DNA of 64,000 nucleotides from Sedimentisphaerales bacterium. GTDB lineage: Bacteria > Planctomycetota > Phycisphaerae > Sedimentisphaerales > Anaerobacaceae. The stretch is from assembly GCA_963708075.1 (NCBI GenBank), contig OY970194.1, forward strand, positions 5,248,001 through 5,312,000, read 5' to 3'. A program made the position numbers and the translations under genes. Each line of letters opens with the position of its first letter. The stretch's first letter is position 1. Positions 63,940-64,000 of this stretch are shown here, one piece after another. The notes under the pieces were generated by a model. It did no database searches. It saw nothing but the letters and a program-made list of their open reading frames with translations, and had not been told where the DNA came from.

Positions 63940-64000
63940 ATGGCAATGCGACAACAGAGAACCAAAACACCCAGACGAAGAACCGGCTTCAGCGGCCCGC
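63940..64000 (+). CDS. rpsR: Probable 30S ribosomal protein S18 (partial)
   Basis: GAGGTG RBS, basic N-terminus, conserved rpsF-ssb-rpsR order; only 20 codons visible. Confidence 0.55.
   Translation, partial: MAMRQQRTKTPRRRTGFSGP

Overview
High-GC bacterial chromosome segment. The LamG/PA14/YYWRVDE and GLUG+dockerin-like secreted proteins and the gene order suggest an anaerobic Planctomycetota (Phycisphaerae/Sedimentisphaerales-like); this taxonomy is an inference. Housekeeping blocks: a candidate oriC followed by dnaN-DUF721-gyrB (no dnaA or recF alongside), ftsK, rlmN, and tRNA-Gln-glmU-prs-rplY-pth-rpsF-ssb-rpsR. Other content: LemA/TPM cluster, CoA-substrate activase, ECF sigma operon, GH28+UxaE, ABC-2 exporter, toxin-antitoxin genes. 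Many conserved genes carry single-base indels that are most likely long-read errors. Two things stand out. (1) A translationally coupled U32-family Fe-S protein / methyltransferase / type III PKS operon with no flavin monooxygenase, a candidate O2-independent phenolic-lipid or alkylquinone pathway. (2) A hotspot at about 33.9-40.4 kb built around a Y1 (HUH) tyrosine transposase with 25-bp GGGGTCAG terminal inverted repeats, nested truncated copies, and many orphan GGGG(A/T)CA ends bracketing unrelated cargo genes, resembling a cassette-capture locus. The window is also rich in REP-like palindromes, heptamer hairpins, an IS630 inserted into a REP, an IS4-type MITE and partial gene duplications flanking insertions.
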